Shown one piece after another: positions 60,250-64,000 of a stretch of 64,000 nucleotides of DNA. Position 1 is the stretch's first letter, and each line of letters starts with the position of its first letter. The position numbers and the translations under genes are program-made. The stretch is from assembly GCA_965263085.1 (NCBI GenBank), contig OZ253582.1, forward strand, positions 925,848 to 989,847, written 5' to 3'. This DNA is from Nitrospinales bacterium. GTDB lineage: Bacteria; Nitrospinota; Nitrospinia; Nitrospinales; VA-1. The notes below the pieces were generated by a model, which saw only the letters and a program-made list of their open reading frames with translations, had not been told where the DNA came from and did no database searches.

Positions 60250-60759
60250 TTAAAAAGATTTATCTTGACGGGAAAAACTCCAATGCGCAAGTTCTTTTGA
60301 AGGAATTATTGAAAAATTTACACCTAGTTTTTCACATAACTCGGGATGGAAATCTCCAACAAGTAATCCAGAAATAACAACTTTGAATTGTTTATCGGAA
60401 GTTTACGGTAAAATCGTGGATTATGCGGCGTTCGTTTTGTCAAGGGATAGAGTCTACTTCGTTACGGATAAACTCCGGGAAGGAAGTCTTTTCATCAACT
60501 ACCTTGAAAAATTTAATATTAGAGGTTGGATGAAAATAGAATGAGTGTTTAACCTAGAAAGAGAACACTTTGGAGTCGTTTGCCTTCCTTTTTAGAAACC
60601 TGCTTTGTTAACTAAATTTTTAGCAAATCAGACATTGTCATTTCGGTAAATGAATGGAGGTTGCAAATAGTGTCGAAATGCTATAAAACACCCCCATAAT
60701 TATTGATTTAGTATGTGGTTTTTATCACTCAAACGGTGACAGGGTTCTTGGCCAAATCC

Positions 60760-62286
60760 ATGGAAGTCGTAATCAATTTTGACGATATGAATTGGGCCGC
60801 AATCGGGCCAGAGATCATCATCCTGATGACTGCCTTCTTCATTCTTCTAGCCGGGCTTAAAAAGGAGATGAACACCCTTCCCTTTTTATCTACAGTTTCG
60901 TTGCTGGGAGTCGGTGCGGCATTTCTGTTCACTCTGAGCCTTTGGAGTGGAGCGCCGACTGCCGAAAACGGAAGCAGTTCGGGCATGTTCAGCGGTGCCT
61001 TGATCCACGATCGGTTTGCTCTGACCTTCAATTTGATATTCCTGCTGATGTCCTTGTTTGCAATTTTCGGCTCGGCCCGTTACCCGCAGGAAGACCATGA
61101 GAACAAGGCCGAATACTTCACGCTTTTACTGATGGCGGTTGCGGGTATGATGTTTATGGCCAAGGCCGGCAACCTGATCACCATATTCATCTCCCTCGAA
61201 CTGTTTTCCATTGCACTTTATATTCTTTGCGGCTTTTCCGCTAAACACGGAACCGGCAAGGAAGGACCCAGTAGCAATACTGAATTAAGCTGGACAACTC
61301 TAGCATCGCAGGAGTCGGCAATTAAATACCTGCTGACCGGCGCATTTGCTTCCGCCATTCTGGTTTATGGCATGGCTTTGATTTACGCCGGTAGCGGCAC
61401 GACCGAAATCAAAATGATCGGACAGCTCGTTCACGAGAACCCCTATACCAAGAACACACTGGTTTATATCGGAATGGGACTGATGTTTTGTGGATTGGCG
61501 TTTAAAGTTTCCTTGGTACCTTTTCATTCCTGGACCCCGGATGTCTATCAGGGCGCACCGACACCCATCACTGGGTTCATGTCAGTGACAACCAAGGCAG
61601 CGACATTCGCAGTGATCGCCCGCATTTTTTTCATCGCACTGCCGGAACTGGAAAAAGTCTGGATCCCTATTCTTTTTGGCATATCGGTCCTGACTATGCT
61701 GGTAGGAAATACTGCCGCCATTTTTCAGGATGATCTCAAAAGGATGCTCGCTTATTCTGGGGTTGCACACGCCGGATATCTGTTGATCGGTATCGTCACC
61801 AATACTCAGGAAGGAATAGCCAGCATTTTATTCTACCTTGCGGTTTATCTGTTTATGAATATTGGAGCGTTTGCCGTGGTCTTCATCATGGAAGGGGAAG
61901 GGAAGGAAGGCAACTCCATCAACAGGTTCAAAGGGCTGGCTAAAAAGAACCCTCTTCTTGCAGTGGCCATGAGCGTATTCATGTTGTCACTGGCTGGGTT
62001 CCCGCCTACCGCTGGCTTCTTCGGAAAACTGTTCGTGTTCTATGCCGCAGTCAAGAAAGGCTATATTCTAATAACTGTTATGGCAGTCATTGCCAGCATT
62101 ATTTCCATTTATTTTTACCTGCGCGTGATCGTCATAATGTACTTTCATGAAGATGAAAACGCTCTACAACCTGTAATTCCTAAAGGCATGGGCGCCTTGA
62201 TCACTGTCAGCTGTGTGACCGTCATGGCTATAGGGCTGTTTCCCTCTTTTCTTATAGAACTAGCCCGAGGCGCTATTCCTTTTTAG
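60760..62286 (+). CDS. nuoN: NADH-quinone oxidoreductase subunit N, encoded away from nuoA-M
   Basis: From ATG 60760 it reads MEVVINFDDMNWAAIGPEIIIL.. It has LELFSIALYIL, ESAIKYLLTGAFASAILVYGMALIYAGSGT and FKVSLVPFHSWTPDVYQGAPTP, typical of NuoN. The exact start is uncertain (60715, 60760 or 60787). Confidence 0.9.
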   Translation: MEVVINFDDMNWAAIGPEIIILMTAFFILLAGLKKEMNTLPFLSTVSLLGVGAAFLFTLSLWSGAPTAENGSSSGMFSGALIHDRFALTFNLIFLLMSLFAIFGSARYPQEDHENKAEYFTLLLMAVAGMMFMAKAGNLITIFISLELFSIALYILCGFSAKHGTGKEGPSSNTELSWTTLASQESAIKYLLTGAFASAILVYGMALIYAGSGTTEIKMIGQLVHENPYTKNTLVYIGMGLMFCGLAFKVSLVPFHSWTPDVYQGAPTPITGFMSVTTKAATFAVIARIFFIALPELEKVWIPILFGISVLTMLVGNTAAIFQDDLKRMLAYSGVAHAGYLLIGIVTNTQEGIASILFYLAVYLFMNIGAFAVVFIMEGEGKEGNSINRFKGLAKKNPLLAVAMSVFMLSLAGFPPTAGFFGKLFVFYAAVKKGYILITVMAVIASIISIYFYLRVIVIMYFHEDENALQPVIPKGMGALITVSCVTVMAIGLFPSFLIELARGAIPF

Positions 62287-62349
62287 CCTGCCACTCCGTC
62301 TTTCTATTCTGATTAAGCATTTGACTGTTTAAATTTCCTAATTTCCCTG

Positions 62350-63249
62350 TCATCTAATCTTATCCAGAGCACGAACTTTGTACTCAACGAATGTTTTATG
62401 CGGAATGCGAAGAGCTTTGGTAATCCTCCTGACCTCCTCAGTTTCCTCATGGGCCATCTCCCCATCGGCAATAGAAACTTCAAAAAGGCATTCCATTAAA
62501 TGGACACGATCATTGTAGGACGCAACACGATTCAGCTCTGTAGCCACTTCATGAAAGTCAAAACTCTGCCGGGCCTGTTCCTCCACCACCTCAAACAACA
62601 GGGTCAATTCTTTTCCTTTTAAAGAAAACTGGTCGGTCAGGCAACGCTTTAAAGCCTTTTTCTCTGCTGGATCAAAATGGTCATCAACGTGAGCAATCGC
62701 CGCCATCAACGTACCCACAAGGCAAATAAAATAGAGCCGTTCCTCGGGCAGGTTGGTGAGAGTCTTAGAATGTTCACTTTTCAGTTCAATTTTTTTTAAC
62801 ACATGGCGTTTAAAATATTTTTCCATGTCTGGATTAAAATCTCGAGCCTGTTTAAAAATAGTCCTTTGCAAAAAATTTCTGATTCGCCCAAAAGACCTCT
62901 TTGTGTGAGAAGGTTTTTCCAACCATTCAGAGAACTGGCTGACCAACTCCCTTTCATTGTTCTTTATTCTTTTATGTGCATCGACCATGGCCTCTAACGC
63001 TTCCATGATTTCTATCTTCTCATTCGAGGAGGACAGTTCGGCAACCATCTGGTGATACAGTTCATCCTTTTCTTTTTTTGAGACTGGAGACAAGAGATAA
63101 GGCTTTAACTCATCTAACTCATGCTTTTCCAAATTAAATTTTCTGTAAAATGTTTTGAGAATATTAAGTTCAGATTGCGAGACTTCACCATCCGCCCATG
63201 CAACAGTAGTGAGTACTTTAAGAAAAGTCATTTTTTTAAACTTTGACAT
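62350..63249 (-). CDS. protein with two TerB-like domains
   Basis: ATG at 63249 is preceded by AAGGGA. N-terminal TTVAWADGEVSQSELNIL and C-terminal EVSIADGEMAHEETEEVRRI are both TerB-type [AW]ADG..[SH].E repeats. Confidence 0.7.
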   Translation of the reverse strand: MSKFKKMTFLKVLTTVAWADGEVSQSELNILKTFYRKFNLEKHELDELKPYLLSPVSKKEKDELYHQMVAELSSSNEKIEIMEALEAMVDAHKRIKNNERELVSQFSEWLEKPSHTKRSFGRIRNFLQRTIFKQARDFNPDMEKYFKRHVLKKIELKSEHSKTLTNLPEERLYFICLVGTLMAAIAHVDDHFDPAEKKALKRCLTDQFSLKGKELTLLFEVVEEQARQSFDFHEVATELNRVASYNDRVHLMECLFEVSIADGEMAHEETEEVRRITKALRIPHKTFVEYKVRALDKIR

Positions 63250-63259
63250 AGCGTTTCCC

Positions 63260-64000
63260 TTAATCAAACAGGTTCAACCAAACCCGGCTTCTGCCTTGGG
63301 TCGGCGACAGCGCGAAAAGATCCAAGAACCCATCCTGGTTGACATCAGCAAAGGCCATCTCCCAGAAAAATCGGAAGCGAGGAAGACGCCTTTCGGTTTC
63401 ATCGGAAAATTCCCACCGACCTCTACTCTGTAAATAATAAACACCCTTTGAGGTCAAAATTAAGGCATCAGGTCTTGTGTTACCATTCGCATCTAAAAGA
63501 TAAGCCTTATAAGAAGGAAAGCGGGGAAGCATTTTATGTGATCGTTTTTTAAAATTCCCTCCGGACGTATTTTCAAGAAAGTATGCGGCCTCTCCAGGGT
63601 AAGCCCGGTAATGTTTGTTAATAGACCGGTTGACTATTAGAAGATCATTATCTCCATCCCCATCAAAATCTGCCCAATCAGCATGCTCACTGTCATCGAT
63701 AATACGAGGCAAGTGAGACGCAGTACGGTCCGAAAATTTTCCCACTCCGTTGTTTAGCAAAAGTCGGTTCTGGCTTTTTCCATAAATCAGAAAAATATCT
63801 ACCACCTCATCGCCATCATAATCGGCAAAAGAGACATCGCGAATTCCCGCAGGCAGACGAGGCATGAGTAAAGCTGTCAAGTCCTCGAACTTTCCCGCAC
63901 CCTTATTAATAAACAGGTAGGCTTGATGGCCGGCGGGTTTCCCATCCGCACTCAAAGCGTTTTGACCAAAATAAAAAAGATCTCTGTCCCCATCCTGATC
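63260..64000 (-). CDS. FG-GAP/VCBS-repeat protein, 5' end runs off the window
   Basis: The frame is open to base 64000. It has repeated calcium-binding beta-propeller motifs: DQDGDRDLF, FADYDGDEVVDIF, WADFDGDGDNDLL, FADVNQDGFLDLF. Confidence 0.8.
   Translation of the reverse strand, partial: DQDGDRDLFYFGQNALSADGKPAGHQAYLFINKGAGKFEDLTALLMPRLPAGIRDVSFADYDGDEVVDIFLIYGKSQNRLLLNNGVGKFSDRTASHLPRIIDDSEHADWADFDGDGDNDLLIVNRSINKHYRAYPGEAAYFLENTSGGNFKKRSHKMLPRFPSYKAYLLDANGNTRPDALILTSKGVYYLQSRGRWEFSDETERRLPRFRFFWEMAFADVNQDGFLDLFALSPTQGRSRVWLNLFD

Overview
This is a chromosomal segment of a diderm bacterium with moderate GC; the lineage cannot be assigned from sequence alone. It is densely coded and mostly housekeeping.

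**Main gene content**
- **Left part:** a TPR protein, bcp, an M24 aminopeptidase, a traB / 2-hydroxyacid dehydrogenase / TPMT-like methyltransferase operon, and uvrB.
- **Cell shape:** mreB-mreC-mreD-mrdA, followed by ppiD.
- **Amino-sugar and thiamine block:** a fis-like gene, a glmU N-domain, an archaeal-type sugar-1-P nucleotidylyltransferase/acetyltransferase, glmS, and a thiD-thiN fusion.
- **Middle part:** mtaB, a SAM hydroxide adenosyltransferase-like gene and smpB; an ispA-dxs-hisB-hisH-eamA operon; then nhaD, comF, argD-argF and tgt.
- **Respiration:** a 13-gene NADH:quinone oxidoreductase operon, nuoA to nuoM, on the minus strand.
- **Right part:** a DUF4159 / BatA-vWA-like pair, a phnW-like aminotransferase, a displaced nuoN, a tandem-TerB protein and an FG-GAP protein.

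I found no rRNA, tRNA, tmRNA, CRISPR array, transposase, integrase or recognisable riboswitch.

**What stands out**
- **Accessory islets.** There are three small islets with long non-coding flanks: about 35.8-38.65 kb, 52.45-54.4 kb and 58.7-60.7 kb. They carry orphan genes: a 122-aa protein plus a methyltransferase, a 445-aa membrane protein, and a 414-aa protein.
- **Gene relics.** Several relics become visible only when 'intergenic' DNA is translated: an SRAP/YedK N-terminus with two nonsense codons, an HD-GYP C-terminus with frameshifts, and a shattered beta-helix gene.
- **nuo operon anomalies.** nuoL carries a frameshift, nuoN lies 8 kb away on the other strand, and the nuoI-nuoJ spacer is long and structured.
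- **Archaeal-style enzymes.** These are the ThiD-ThiN fusion and the ST0452-like GlmU analogue next to a GlmU that lacks its acetyltransferase half.

I cannot demonstrate a defined new multi-gene system. The orphan genes are the best candidates for something undescribed and are ranked accordingly.
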